Positions 26,418 through 39,454 of a DNA stretch of 64,000 nt are shown here, one piece after another. The stretch spans positions 13,640,001-13,704,000 of the forward strand of contig OZ249441.1 of the NCBI GenBank assembly GCA_965235115.1. The letters run 5' to 3'. The translations under genes were made by a program, and so were the position numbers. The notes below the pieces were generated by a model. That model worked only from the letters and a program-made list of their open reading frames with translations, was not told the origin of the DNA and made no database searches. The DNA comes from Laetmonice hystrix (lineage: Eukaryota). Numbering within the stretch: position 1 is the stretch's first letter; each line of letters begins with the position of its first letter.

Positions 26418-26983
26418 ACAAGACGATCTGACAATCTGCCTCGTATACAGTTTCCAACCCTAATCTTTACTTGATTCCGCCTGATGACGTGTGGCCGGCT
26501 CTACCACTGGGTCAGGCCGACGTAACGATTGCTAACCTCGCACTGCCGTCTGGCGGCGGGTAGCACCAATCCAATGCCCTGTTTACTAAACATGTCCATA
26601 AATTGGTGCTAACTAATGTGGTCATGTCAGAGCGGTGGATGTAAACAGGCGAGCATGATGACTGTTTATATAGCGAAGCTCAACGTTTTTATTTCCAGAT
26701 CGTCCCACGGCTGGCGAGTGATTGAGACGTGTACGCCTCTCACCGTGTACTTACCGAAATGTGAGCCCCAGCTTCAGTCTGTATAATCAACCTCATTTTA
26801 CAACACGGGCGATACATTAAATGTGGAAAATTATACACTCTCTGTCGTATTGTGGTGTTCACAATAGATCAGGATGACATGAAGAGTTAACGCTAGGTCA
26901 AGGTTTGGGAAAAGACGTTTTTACTGGGGTGGTGTCCTGAAGACAACCGTCTGATGCCCTAAAATAGTGAACTGATGAAGACG

Positions 26984-27152
26984 TCAGGGTGCGTTTCTAT
27001 AAAGCCCAAAAGACTCTTTGATACCCTCACTGAACCCAAAGAGTCTTTGCGGCGACGCGGTGTTTCTATAACACTTTATTCTTTAACACTGGTCCCGAAA
27101 AGACGTCTTTTGAAAGACTCAAAGACATCTTTCCTTACAGAAACGCACCTGA
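26984..27152. mobile_element. Small MITE-like element (about 170 bp), possibly PIF/Harbinger-type
   Basis: Imperfect TIRs TCAGGGTGCGTTTCTATAAAG and (reverse complement) TCAGGTGCGTTTCTGTAAGG; an internal perfect 12-bp inverted pair at 27009-27020 and 27037-27048; repeated AAAGAnnTCTTT subunits. Confidence 0.65.
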
Positions 27153-27749
27153 AGATCTGAGAACGACTTTTTACTCTCAGCCAGGACTGAAGCTCGCACT
27201 CTCCCTCTATACACCCGGCCTTAAAACCCCAATACATCCTAACGTCATGTAAACCACATTCTGCTACTAACATTTGTCTTTCATGGAGATTAAAAAAGGC
27301 TAGTATTCCAATTATGAATTCAGACGGCATATGCCCATCTGACTAGCCGTGGGATGTTCTCTGCCCTGAGATAATAGAGTCCAGTGATACGGAGTCGTAC
27401 CCTCTGACCCAGGCACATACAATGTTTCTGTTCTAGCTCGTGTCTAGACCGTGAACAACTCTACTCCTGGTGAACATAATCTTACCGGCCTACAGTCCAT
27501 ATCTATCCATTTACACCATAAAAACCTTTACCAACATTCTCTAACATGTACTAAATAACGTTACTCTTATCTTCCCCAGCAAACTCCTTTTTTCATAATC
27601 ATCAGCAGAATTTGTTTAAATCTCCAGGGTGTAAAGCTATACCAAAGCAAAGTCGAAATGACATAGGTTGGGCCTATAAACGATCTGTGTAATCTCTTCC
27701 CCTGCATTTGAAAGCATTCCATCCGGCAGCCTGGTAGCGAACGTTAGGA

Positions 27750-27960
27750 GACTATGACGTCACCGGGATAAATGTGCCCGTCTTTATGACCGGATGACGC
27801 CATGGCAGAGGTCATGGACGTATAACATGCGGGGTAACTGTATACATACATAGGGCGGGCGGGGGGCGTGGCGGGAGGGCGGGAGGCCGCTGTCCGCCGG
27901 CTATTGGTCCCTACCCCTCCCGCCGGCAGGTACGGTACACCATCTTCACCGGGCCCGCTG
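27750..27960. promoter_or_regulatory. Promoter-like motif cluster (CRE, GC boxes, CCAAT, YY1-like)
   Basis: TGACGTCA at 27755-27762; GGGCGGGCGGGGGGCGTGGCGGGAGGGCGGG at about 27853-27883; ATTGG at about 27903; GCCATGGC and ACCATCTT nearby; CpG-dense. Orientation undetermined. Confidence 0.5.
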
Positions 27961-30900
27961 GCCTGGCCGGACATTTATCATCCAACTGTCAGAATCACAA
28001 CAGGGTTCCCCTCCTTTTGGTGAACTCATCTTGGCTGAATTTCTCCCGCTGAGACAGAAGTGATCAGGGACCGACTTCTGCTCGCACCCGGTGCCACTCG
28101 GCTGCGTACAGATCGGGACCCAAGCACCGGGTACCCATTGTCTATATTGGATTGATCATGCACGTACACCTCATCTCATTTCTTTGCTCTTCAACATCTC
28201 TTTGCTATGGTATTTGAAGTAATCAGACTTTAGTATACCATGGGTGGCCTGGGCAGAGACAAACATAGGAGGAGGCTGAGGTTAAAGGGTAGCCGATGGA
28301 GAACTAGATGAGGTAGGGCCTCTCTCCTGGAGGGAGTGTCCCAAGTATCCCCAGCAGGCCCTTAACACCTGGAGCCTGCACCTGCCTTTCACCGGGGATG
28401 GTGGAGGGAGGGGGGGGGGGTCCTCACCACCCAAACCAAACCAAACCGAGCCGACTGTTTACCCGTCCTCAGCTGGAGAGGGAATCTCCTCCAGCGTCGA
28501 GCCTAATCTATGTCACGTTACAGGAGGCCAGGCAGCGGCCTCCCATCAAGCAGCTCTCCAGAGAAGTAGGCCTTTAGATACAACATTACAACCTTGAGCT
28601 ATAATATAGCATATCCCGTGTATACTGGCACCGTGCAATAGACCCTCGGCTCATTTATAATTCTAATTCTGTTGAATACATTTACATACTAGCACTTTCT
28701 GAACCGCATACAAAAAAACTACTGGTTTTCAGGACAATGTATGTTGGCCACCTGGTGTAAAAAGCCGAGATCAACCTGTGAGCCGACTTGAATTCATGTC
28801 ACTTTCATGGGAGACCATTATTCGATATATCAACAAAAATCTATAATTTGATTAAAATGACTGATTCAATAGGCATAAAATCTTGTTTTTCCGATATTCC
28901 GCCGCAGTTCACGTTTTCATTGTGTAATATCTGTGGTCGATCAGTTATGAATACAGCCACAGTTCACCTTCCAGCGTCTGAGATATTTATGGCCCATAAG
29001 TTCTGGTTAGGACTATAGCCCTCATCTTGGGGGATATTTGTAGCCCAGCAGTTATGAATAGAACTATAGTCAGCTTCTATTTCCTGAGCTTGCGCTTCCT
29101 CCAGGTGGTAGTCTGCCACACTGGGCCCCCCTGTCAGCCGGGCCACACGGCTGCAGTGTCTGCTCATCACACAGAGGTGATAACGCCTCACCTGGATTAA
29201 ACACCTGGGGCGAGGGATCAGGGCCATCTAGGCAGCGACAAGTCAAGATTATACCAAAGGTTACCGCTTGAAAAGGGTGAAGGTCTCAGCGCCATCTCGA
29301 CCTGGCAAGAGGGCCGGTTCACATGGCAACCCAAGTTGTTATTACAAGGTGTGGGAAAGCAAACCAGCAGATTTCATGTGAACCACGGGGAAAATCTGTC
29401 TCCCTCATCCTAACGAATCAAAAATAAAAGTCCTCGGCGGATAACTTCATCTTCAACTTTACTACATATGGGGTCCTATTTAATCAACTTACACAGACAA
29501 AGGGTGAGGTCTAAGTACTAAAAAACAGAAAAAGGGTGAGGTATAAGTATTAAAAACATTCAGGTGTAAACAAATATACGGGTATGTCATGGCACCCCAT
29601 GTATATCATGTATAAAACTAATACGGCCAACTCTGGGCTACTCCAGTAAGATAGCATCCTGGTCAACATCAGTCATCATGGTCGTCAAGAAAACTACCTT
29701 CTTTTTTCAGTGCTTGCACAGAAATAAACGTTTCGATACATGGCCCTGATTTTTCTCCGAAAATAATAAAAAGAGGGAAGGATATCATCGGGAGTGTTTT
29801 TCCATCTTGTATCAAGATTCTATTTTCTGCTGTTTTCTTTCCTGTTGCTGGTGTTATTTCATGCAGTTCGTTTGACATCCAGCAGGTGGAGCTTCAGTCA
29901 GATCAAGGGCAGGACATGACTTTTTTTGCAGCCCTCATGCAGACGGCAGCAGGAAGGCTGCTGATCATACTGATAAAGCCAGCCGGGGAAGAAGAAAATC
30001 AGCAACCGGTAATCTTTTGTCAACATCATAAGAAATTCTGGGCGGGGAAGGAACACTGCCAGGCCTTGCAGCTGCTTGGAATAGAAGTTGCTTGAGCCCA
30101 GCAGATGGAGTTCCCCCGTAAATATGGCGCAGCCGATCAGATTTACAATACACCCTTGGGCAGTCAGCCAATCGATCTGCACCCCCGCTTCCCATAATAC
30201 GCCCTCACAGACAACCAATTGCTTATCGCCGAATTGGAACCAACAATATTTTTCCACATTCGATAAGATAACCCTCACACTTTTTATGGCGTTCCATCGG
30301 AAATCATCAATATTTCCAAAACTGTGTCGAGGACCACCAGCATCTTAGTTCCTTTCGTAACAAAGAAGAATAATTTCTTGTTATTTCAGCAGGGGAACCT
30401 CCACATCAGATTCTTTAAAACCGGCTTTCTGTTATCACCAGAATCTATTGCCACTTTCAGCTGTAGTATCATGTATGTCAAAAATCCACATTATATTGCG
30501 AAACCTTGCATCCATGTATCATATGGCATCTAGTGCCTATCAATTTCATGCGGAATGGAGAAGCACTGATGCTCTCCTCATATTGGATAAGAAATCTGTG
30601 TTATTATGTACACCGGTGTAATAGTACATTTCGTAATACCATTTCAATGGCTACATTTGCTGGTTTGGTATTACAGACGGCATACCGTCTAATATTCCAC
30701 CTGGCAGCAGCGTCATTATCTCCCCCTCCCACTGTCCCACGTGGACGGTGATCATTTAACCACTCTTCCCACTTTCCTGAGCATGTTTGAATAGCTTTCC
30801 CTCATGTATTATATTGCCTCCAACATGTTGTATACATAAACACCGTTCTTGTCCCTTGTACACACTGTCTGTTTCCATGTACTTTATCTTGGCAACCGTC

Positions 30901-31359
30901 TTCCCGTGTTTGCTACCTACGTTTTGTACATCAAAGTCAGTCTGAGCGCCCGCACCAGGTCTCCTGGACCTTGTCCAGCGGCCCGGACATTGCCGAGATT
31001 CACCACACAGTAATAGCACACCTGGAGAAGTCACTGACTTGGCAATCTCTTCATACAAACATCCCACGTCACCGTTATTACGTCGTCCATGCTACAAATT
31101 CTAACACTCCTCTTATGTGCAGCTTTTACATCCATACACATTTAACATGCCTTGTCCTTTTGCTGACTTATGTACACGTATTAATATATCTATTACATTA
31201 TAGGATACTGAAACTCAGCCACTCGTCACCATTACCTCACGGATTTTCTGATTTCTTTTGGTGGATGTTTATCATGCCAAAATCACGTCACACGGTTGAT
31301 ACATTGTTTTTGCCCCACCTCAATCTGGCAGAGAGAGGTGTCACAACTCGTGTAGGCCC

Positions 31360-31647
31360 TATCTACAGGATGTCGACGTAAGGCTGAGGTGTATCTACAG
31401 GATGTCGACGTAAGGCTGAGGTGTATCTACAGGATGTCGACGTAAGACTGAGGTGTATCTACAGGATGTCGACGTAAGGCTGAGGTGTATCTACAGGATG
31501 TCGACGTAAGGCTGAGGTGTATCTACAGGATGTCGACGTAAGGCTGAGGTGTATCTACAGGATGTCGACGTAAGGCTGAGGTGTATCTACAGGATGTCGA
31601 CGTAAGGCTGAGGTGTATCTACAGGATATCGACGTAAGGCTGAGGTG
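31360..31647. repeat. Minisatellite, 32-bp unit x9 (GTATCTACAGGATGTCGACGTAAGGCTGAGGT)
   Basis: Units at 31391, 31423 and onward at a 32-bp period; near-identical, with a GTCGAC palindrome in almost every unit. Confidence 0.97.
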
Positions 31648-33358
31648 AAGCCGGTCAGGATTGCAGACTGTCAGTGGGTGACCTCCTCGCCGGGAGGATC
31701 TTCACAATATACAGGAGGTGGGCCCGGGTTCTATAGGCGATACCTGTCCAGGTGTACCGGATGCTATCGCTTGGCATTCTCACAGCCAGATCACCCAGAG
31801 TCAGGGGTAAACACCAAAGTTGAGACAGAAGCCATATTTTTTTTCCTGGAGACACACGAGCCGTCCACAACACGGGGGTAGGAGGCCAGTTGGTCCTAAA
31901 CAGAATGGAGTTTACTCCTCACCCTCTCCCCGTTACTCCGTCTACTCGCTCCCCGCCTGGAGCCAATCTCGGCTACCATCCTCCAGGCAGCTGAGGCTCT
32001 CCAGTTGCTTGAGGGAAAATCTGATGCCAGCCACTTATGTGGGTCTGTGTATATAGAACACATGCAGTTCATGTATCAATGCGAGGGCACCCCCCCCCCT
32101 CCCCTCCCCGGAGGCCGTGTCCCCCATCCCACCCGACAATACCCCACCAGAACCCCACCAACATACACAAAGCCTCGCCTTGCTGCCATGTCTGTGTTTT
32201 GTCTTTCATCCCTCCTCACTGGTTGACCCTGGCTGGACTAGCTGACCTCTGGTGGTTTCCGCACTCCCACCACTCTCCTTTCTTACACCAGCTCTCCGTG
32301 TTAATATTACCATGTTATTTTGTGCAGCACCTAGTCTGTACTACTGTGAAACTCCTCCAGCACTACTTCAGTACCAACTGCCGGCTAACCCAGATACAAT
32401 TAACATCAATTCCGTATTTTTGGGTACTTCCGCTGCCCTTGGGGCACTGTAATTGCCCTTGTGGTGTAATTCCTCCTGGTCTTTCCGCCATTCCGGCACT
32501 CTCCCCATCACTAACAGCCTCCCACACCATCTTCTCTCACACTAACCTACTTATCTTCAAATCTAAATCCCAGATTTTCGAGTTTTATTTTATTTTCCAT
32601 CGAGTAGGCTGATGATCACAGCTAATTGTGTCGGTGAAAGCGTCAGCCTCAGTTCGAGCCATCTAACACGGCTGGCATTTACAAATGATGGCACTGTGTG
32701 ATACTTTTTAAACCCTGATTATTGACTTCTTCAGCATCTCTATTGAAAGGCCATGCGAATGATCTTTAACGGTGATGCATTTTATTTTGCGGTTAGTACA
32801 TGGTGTTAGATAAACAAGTGTTTTATTCAGTGCCGTAATTAACCAGGTATGCGACTCTAATGTCTTACGATTGCAGCATCACACGACCAGACAGCACACA
32901 CCGAGTTCCCACACCCAGACCAGTGTCACCAGACACTGTAATGTATACCATGTTTTAACTACCATACACCAACTGGTTCAGCTCTTGAAGTTTTTACCAA
33001 CTGTCAGACCGTGTGCTTCTTCTGAGCTCCGCATTGACATTCGTGTACATCCAACTAGAACCACTTGGTAAAACAATATCGTTTGTTCACTGACACAATG
33101 GCACGACCGAATGGAATATAATATGAACACTTCTAGTCATGTTTTAAGATTTTGGCACCTTGAAGTTTTGAGGAAAAATGGAAGAAACCTACCCGGTAAC
33201 TGCATCCTTTCATTTAGAGCATAAAAACAGAAACTTCTGAAATGCCACATCTTTCATTTCTTTCTTGGGTAATCCCATCCATCCTCCATTGTGTTTTCAG
33301 AACATTCAAGTTCTGCCTTGATTTGCTCTTGATTTGATAGGGAGGGTCTAATATTTAA

Positions 33359-33818
33359 GAGCCCTCGACATTAAGCCCGGTCCGTTTTTTCATGTGCCGG
33401 GCCCGACCGGGCCAGTAACTTTCGTAAATATCTCTCACGATCAAATACTCTCCAAATGCTCCAAATATTCACCAAATACTCTCACAATCACGATCTTTAG
33501 CGGTAGTACAGTACCTTCTCTGCTCCGGCCATTTTCACTGAGGTCGTAGTAATGTCAAACGCGTGTATTAAAAATTCAGGCTGCTACTTTACGTCCGTAT
33601 GCATATGGGACTGTCTTCTGCTATGATTCACTGGACTGGACGCTCACTTTTTTGTTCCACGCTCTTGTGATGATCTTGTCGTATGCTACAAGGACACACA
33701 GGAAAGGACCCTCCATACCCGGGCCAGTGGACCAATTACCCGGGCCAGTAACTTTCATTTTCTACTGGCCACCAGGCCCTGTGGGCCAGTACATCAAAAT
33801 GCTTAATGTCAAGGGCTG
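33359..33818. mobile_element. Non-autonomous DNA transposon (about 460 bp), hAT-like TIRs
   Basis: Left end AGCCCTCGACATTAAGC (33360-33376); right end GCTTAATGTCAAGGGCT (33801-33817), 17 bp with 1 mismatch. Subterminal CGGGCCAGT repeats at both ends. No clean 8-bp TSD visible. Confidence 0.75.
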
Positions 33819-34239
33819 TATTATCATATCTAAACAGACAAAATAACAGTAGATAGTTATAAACCAAATATAACATAGGATTGAATACCAAAGATTAGTG
33901 TGACCATAACTAACAAGGCATAAAGAATCTCTAATTAAAAATGCGAATAATAAAAAAATAAAACTCCCTGGTCGTATAGCTGGTATTTCAGCCTTGACCT
34001 TTGGGGGCCATGACCCCTATAGGTCAGCATTTCAAAGAGGCCCCACTGCACAGACCCCCCAACAAAAATCAGCATGAAGTTGAGTGTGGACAGTTTCCAT
34101 TACGGGACCACATCACAATGCTATTCGGCGCCCACAAATATTACAAATTCCTGGCCACCGGCTCTCGTTTCTGTTGCTTCACACCACATCTATTTATACT
34201 GAGCGCCTGGCCGGCCAAGCCAGCCTATACAGACATGGC

Positions 34240-34360
34240 TGACATGGCCGCCTCTCCTTCACCGCAACCACTCCACATAACAAGAGGAAACTCTCTCAGC
34301 AGCCAATACCGCACAAATCAGTTCTCACTTGAAGAAGCGGCAGATGCCGGAAGAGTAAGT
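34240..34360 (+). promoter_or_regulatory. Possible plus-strand promoter and very short first exon (Inr-like TCAGTT, ATGCCGGAAGA|GTAAGT)
   Basis: AGCCAAT at 34301, TCAGTT at 34318-34323, ETS-like CCGGAAG at 34347-34353, consensus donor GTAAGT at 34355-34360, CpG-rich context. No downstream exon confirmed. Confidence 0.25.
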
Positions 34361-34816
34361 GTGCAGGTTTGCGTGTCTGAGAGTCGGATAATGTGGCGGC
34401 ATCAGAGAGTCCAGTGTGAGGCACTGTCAGGCCATGATCCTTTCTCATCCAACCCATTCCCTACAACAAGGCGGGCACGGAGGTCAGCTGTGGAACCACC
34501 CGTCCCTCTCACGGCATTCTCCACCACCTCATCACGGACCTTGGGTCGGTGGTCGAGCCGGGAACGACAGGCACCACCAAGGTCCACTGCTTTACCTCAT
34601 TTTTAAATTTTACATTCTTTACTTGATTTTTTTTTCCGTTTTCATTCAGACACCATTTCACACATCTACCGGCAGATCATCCTGCCAGGAATCTTGACAC
34701 ATCAATGTCAATGAACCACTGGCTCCTGTCCATGCCCTTAAAATTACGCCACTAATGGCATGGCTGCCAGACATGGGACCTGGATACAAAGGTTGCTCAA
34801 CACATGAATACGGTAT

Positions 34817-35086
34817 GGGTGGGTGGGTATTTGGGGTTTTACGCCTTGCAACAGCCAGGATCATATCACGGCGGTGAAGATGATGATGAAAGTCAGTTTT
34901 TTCTTGGTGGAGGAAACCGGAGAACCCGGAGGAAACCACCGACCTTCGGGAAGAAACTGACTGACAAACCTTTCACACATGCAGCCCAGGCCTTGATCGA
35001 ACCCGGACGGCAGTGGTGTGAGGCGATGGTCCTCGGAGTCGGTGTCATGAGCCAGCACCTTAGACCACTCGGCCACCCGAGGCCCC
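34817..35086 (-). mobile_element. Full-length tRNA-derived SINE with V-domain-like central core
   Basis: Minus strand reads GGGGCCTCGGGTGGCCGAGTGGTCTAAGG (A box) ... GGGTTCGATC (B box) ... GGTTTCCTCCGGGTTCTCCGGTTTCCTCCACC (resembles the V-SINE core) ... (ACCC)3 tail. Flanked by an 11-bp TSD, GAATACGG[T/A]AT, at 34806-34816 and 35087-35097. Confidence 0.92.
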
Positions 35087-35554
35087 GAATACGGAATGGA
35101 ATAAGGCAGGAGGCCGGGCACAATGTATTTCGATTGACACCCACACGAGTCTTCTACCGCTGGCATCTCGATGGCAGTAAGAACTTTCGAGGCCAGCATA
35201 AGTCACGGGTTGCTAAGTTTGTGAGAACGTTTTTGAACTCTGAAAATCAACACGTTAGGTATATCTGCAATAGAGCACGTGGTTTGAAACACGGCTTACT
35301 GGGAAGAAATATACTAAGGTGCAGTACCAAGGGTCGCTTATACCAGCATATATCAACCCCTGAACATACTCTGAGAACTAATGCCTCTCGTAATGCGCAG
35401 TGTATAACTAAACTGCTTGATGTCAGGGATGGTCTATCAGAACTCTTCATGCCAACCATCAAGTTACTTATTTATATTCTCTGTAGTTGACCTCGCTCCT
35501 TGTGAATAATATTATTTAGCATGTTAGATATTGTTGTACACCTTAGTACGAATA

Positions 35555-35575
35555 ATATATATATATATATATATA
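35555..35575. repeat. (AT)n microsatellite, about 10 units
   Basis: Directly visible. Confidence 0.9.
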
Positions 35576-36816
35576 GCAATGTCAACTTGTGGTTAGCCAG
35601 TGTGAAGGCTCTTGTGCGTTATCTCCATGAATCGATTGAAAATCAATCGAAAGAAGGAAATCGATTTTATTATCGGCGATCCAGGGCTAGGGCGGAATAA
35701 ATGACACCAACACGTCCTACTGATAGGTTTACTGTATGACCTCAACAGACAACTGTTAACATAACTCTGTGTATCGAGAGGTGGTCTCCAGAAATAATCC
35801 CTTATCACACGATGATGTGAAATTAGAATCTACATCCACTAGCACAGGTATAATTGAGCTACATTATTCGACACATCAGCAGATATCAACGTTCAATCCG
35901 GTATTTCTGGTTACAAATAACGTATACTAAAGTAAGACTGAACCAATCTCACCTCCGCCTCCCACTTTATAACTACTGGATGATACACCTGGCTTACTGA
36001 ATCCCCTTATACGGGTTTATCTCCTCAAAAGTCGAGGCTTGGATAACGGACATACGTACACTTGTGATATGCGTTAATCTGCTACTAATACCACTTTAAT
36101 GCTGGCTAATCTTAATAAGAGACTGCGCATAATAAACCGTGTCGTTTCGAAAGGGTTGGAGGGGGGGGGGGGGGGCGAAGACGGGGCGTGAGAGTAGCCC
36201 CGCTATTACAGACCACCTCTGGTATGTACAGATACACACCAAGTAATTAAGGAATTAACCGAAAACCTTTGCTTCACATCTTATTTCGGGTACTTTTCAA
36301 GTCTCAGCCTGTACTCGATGACTTATATAGTAATCTTACAGATTACAGTGTTACGTTCTGTCTTTTTTTCTCCACTACATATACAGTAAAAGTGAGATCT
36401 TTTCATGAGCAACAACATAGTCTTGAAAGTGTTATCAAAGACAATCATTTCTTCGACTTTATGAAACCTTGATTTGTCAGAGTGACAAGAGCTGACCCCC
36501 TTTAAAAAGCCATTCTCTTTTCGTTTCTACGCTTTCTTGCCCTTCCGTCAAACTAATCATCTATAGACTACAGTTTTTACAATTAGGATTCAGATGCTAG
36601 GAACCTTTACTATTGACCATATAATGTTTGACTTACCGATGGTGAAACTGGCAAGAACTTGAACTCTTTACCTGAAACATTCAAACAGTTTGGTTTTACT
36701 TCCAGGCACATCTACGAGGCAAAATCTCAGTAATTATTAACCTGATGTTATTCTACACTGTATAACTAGAAAACAGTACTTGTAGATACAACCGTACATG
36801 AAAAAATAACCTATAT

Positions 36817-37032
36817 CGAATCTGTTCCCTTTGTCTTTGGTCAGCTAGACAATCTCTGACCAATTATCTATTATTCAGCCATAAAACTCGAATTTGTTCC
36901 CTTTGTCTTTGGTCAGCTAGACAATCTCTGACCAATTATCTATTATTCAGTCCTAAAACTCGAATTTGTTCCCTTTGTCTTTGTTCAGCTAGACAATCTC
37001 TGACCAATTATCTATTATTCAGTCATAAAACT
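36817..37032. repeat. Tandem repeat, 72-bp unit x3
   Basis: CGAAT[C/T]TGTTCCCTTTGTC starts at 36817, 36889 and 36961. Confidence 0.95.
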
Positions 37033-38206
37033 GAAGAAATATCTGGGCATCGTCTCTATACTCATTTCCAGTCACTGAAGGGTGTAGTTACTCTATTAAG
37101 ATGGCAATTACCCCAATTAACAAACCACAAATACCTCTATCATATCAACCTGAAGATCTTACACTAGGACGCTTCCTGTTTAATTCGGCGAGTCCTGATA
37201 CATCTCCGGGCCAAGCTAACCGCGAAGACGTAAATATTGTGTCGTGATGACACCTCTTTAAGCTATTCGTGATAACTATGACCCCTCACCGCACTTCAAT
37301 TTTAGCTTAGCGTGTCACTGACATTCTGGTTTTCGGCGAGTATACCTTTGAGTGTCACGAAATGAGCATCCCCTACCAGCATAGATTCGCACTCACATAA
37401 TTCTAGTCACTTAGTGTTTTCAAAATACGGCTACAGTTATCTTGGGTCACACCAAGCTGGTGTGAAGGGATCCGTCGTGACTTTAATATCAATAGTTCAG
37501 TTTACTATCAATAGTTCTGTTCAATCATCGGTCACGACCTAAGTCCGACTAACACTTTCCCCAATAACCTCCTTTCATACCCAATACTTCCAATCCCCCA
37601 GCTGGACAATGTCTAGAACAGGTACCGGGCGGCTGTTCCGGACAGATGGGTAGTCCAATACATAAAGCATTTTCACATTTTCACGCCCCCTTTAAAGCCC
37701 CAGTACCCAGGGTAGCAGACGTCATCGTGCTGGTTTCCAACGCCAACGGGTTGGTTCGAAAACTAAGGAAAACGTCATTTTCTTCGTCAGTAATCGTCGA
37801 AAAAGGACGTGGACAGGTTCCTGACATTGAGAAGGAGTTGGAAAGATCCTGATGGTTGTCTGGAAATAACAGTTGGTGTGTGAGCGGAGGCAACAGCAGC
37901 CAGCGTCAGGTAACATCACACTGACTGAATGTGACGTGTTTTGGTACTTCAAACCAATTCAAACTTTTTCACGACTAATGCTCCCTAACGTCTTTCATGT
38001 CCCATCCACACTCCAGGCAATATATCCGGTCATTTAAACCAACCAGCCCCTCAAACATACTGAGAAAAAAAAACATCCTAATATTTCTTTTAAACTTAAA
38101 ATAGGAAAAACGTAACAAAAAGACATCCCCAAAAAGCTGGAGTGTTTTTATTGGCAGAGACGCAGCTATTCGCCTCAGCGTCACGTGTCTCTTCATGTAC
38201 TTAGTT

Positions 38207-38224
38207 TGACCACCAGGGGGCACT
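38207..38224 (+). promoter_or_regulatory. Near-consensus CTCF-type motif TGACCACCAGGGGGCACT
   Basis: Matches the bilaterian CTCF core CC(A/G)C(C/T)AG(A/G)(G/T)GGC(A/G)(C/G). Binding is untested. Confidence 0.45.
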
Positions 38225-39454
38225 CTAAGCACCTAGGCACTTCTCTTAAAACGTTACCGACGACACCGCTCTTTCGTACGGGACAAACGGCACTGGACCC
38301 CTGCCTGGACGGCAATAGGGAACCTACTGGCACTGGGACCCTAACTATCTCTTACACTGCTGTTTAAACGACAAAACAGCTCGCACTCCTCTCACTTTTT
38401 CTGATAGCATTACCAGTCTTGACTCTATCATATAACTCTAAATCCGTCATAACCGTATCACTTACTCTACAGTAAACGCTGGCTCAACCATCTCGATTGT
38501 ACATCAACCCAACGTTGACCGAGTACATCCAGCCTCTGCAGCCGGCAATGACACCATCATCCCCCCTGCTATCTTCCTAAGTGTTTCACGGGCCTGAGTA
38601 ACTCCGGGGGGGGGGGGGGGGCAGGAGAACTCCAGTGATCACCTATCTCATCTCCTACATTTTCTTCATATATAAAGGGACAAGATAACTAAAAATATAC
38701 ACACGTCTTGATACATTTAATCAAAATGGGTTTGATCAAAAATTTATTTTGGATCATACAGTTTTGCCCAGATTTCTCATGATTTCTTGGACTTTGTACC
38801 AGGTTCATTGGCTGGTTCCTCCGGTAAATTTAAACTGGGCTAACTACTATATTTTAGCCTTTTACATTCATCGTCTTGAAACTGTGCTAATGCCATAACA
38901 CTTAATCACATTTATACTCGTGGTGTAATGAGGTTACTTGAAGGATAGCCAACTCGCTTCAAACTCCCCTGAGCGCAGAGGTAAAATAAGAATGCTGTGC
39001 TGGTCATTTCTTCAATCTTCTTTTTCAAGTCAAGCCATAAATCAAATGGGATATAATGTAAAACCATTTTCCCAAAGAGCCGGTTGAACTATGGTGGGAA
39101 AGCTACATCATTGCACATGTCGAAACTTTTTTATTTACAGGTTTATGAGCCATCGGGAGCACAGTTGGTGATGTCTTTCTGACGATACCAGTAAATCACG
39201 CTCCCATAAATATGCTGCAAGGATGGGAGCTTGACCAACTGAAGGGACCACTTGTTGAAGAAAGATGAATGTTTTATTGTTGCATGCCAAACGTTTCAGA
39301 GCTGCCACGGTCTTTAATAACATACCATGATGATCTCTGACCTGCTCCGACCCATGCCTGGAGTTGATGACTTCACATTCAGAACAGAGGATTAAAACTT
39401 GCTCTCAACAGAGACAGGTATTATAATACAGTAGACCTTCACTTAGAGGCTCGT

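Noticed and set aside
17391-26780. Other isolated GTAAGT donors on the minus strand (about 17385, 21875 and 26750)
   Set aside because: The hexamer is expected roughly 15 times per strand by chance, and there is no adequate acceptor or coding support at these sites.
26972-27117. Hammerhead-like CTGATGA-AGACGTC ... GACGTCT-TTT-GAAA
   Set aside because: Three extra bases separate the stem from GAAA and the loop exceeds 100 nt. It is better explained by the MITE subrepeats. The similar CTGATGA...GAAA at 32609-32639 lacks the stem II closing pair.
29898-31067. Long decayed coding frame on the minus strand (two track ORFs in the same frame)
   Set aside because: About 10 stops in 390 codons, no recognisable motif and no splice signals, so it is not distinguishable from chance by eye.
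34001-34606. 201-aa ORF
   Set aside because: No domain and a composition typical of GC-rich regulatory DNA. It overlaps promoter-like motifs.
35000-35086. tRNA gene
   Set aside because: This is the head of the SINE. The B box is degenerate, there is no closed acceptor stem, and it continues into the SINE body within a TSD.
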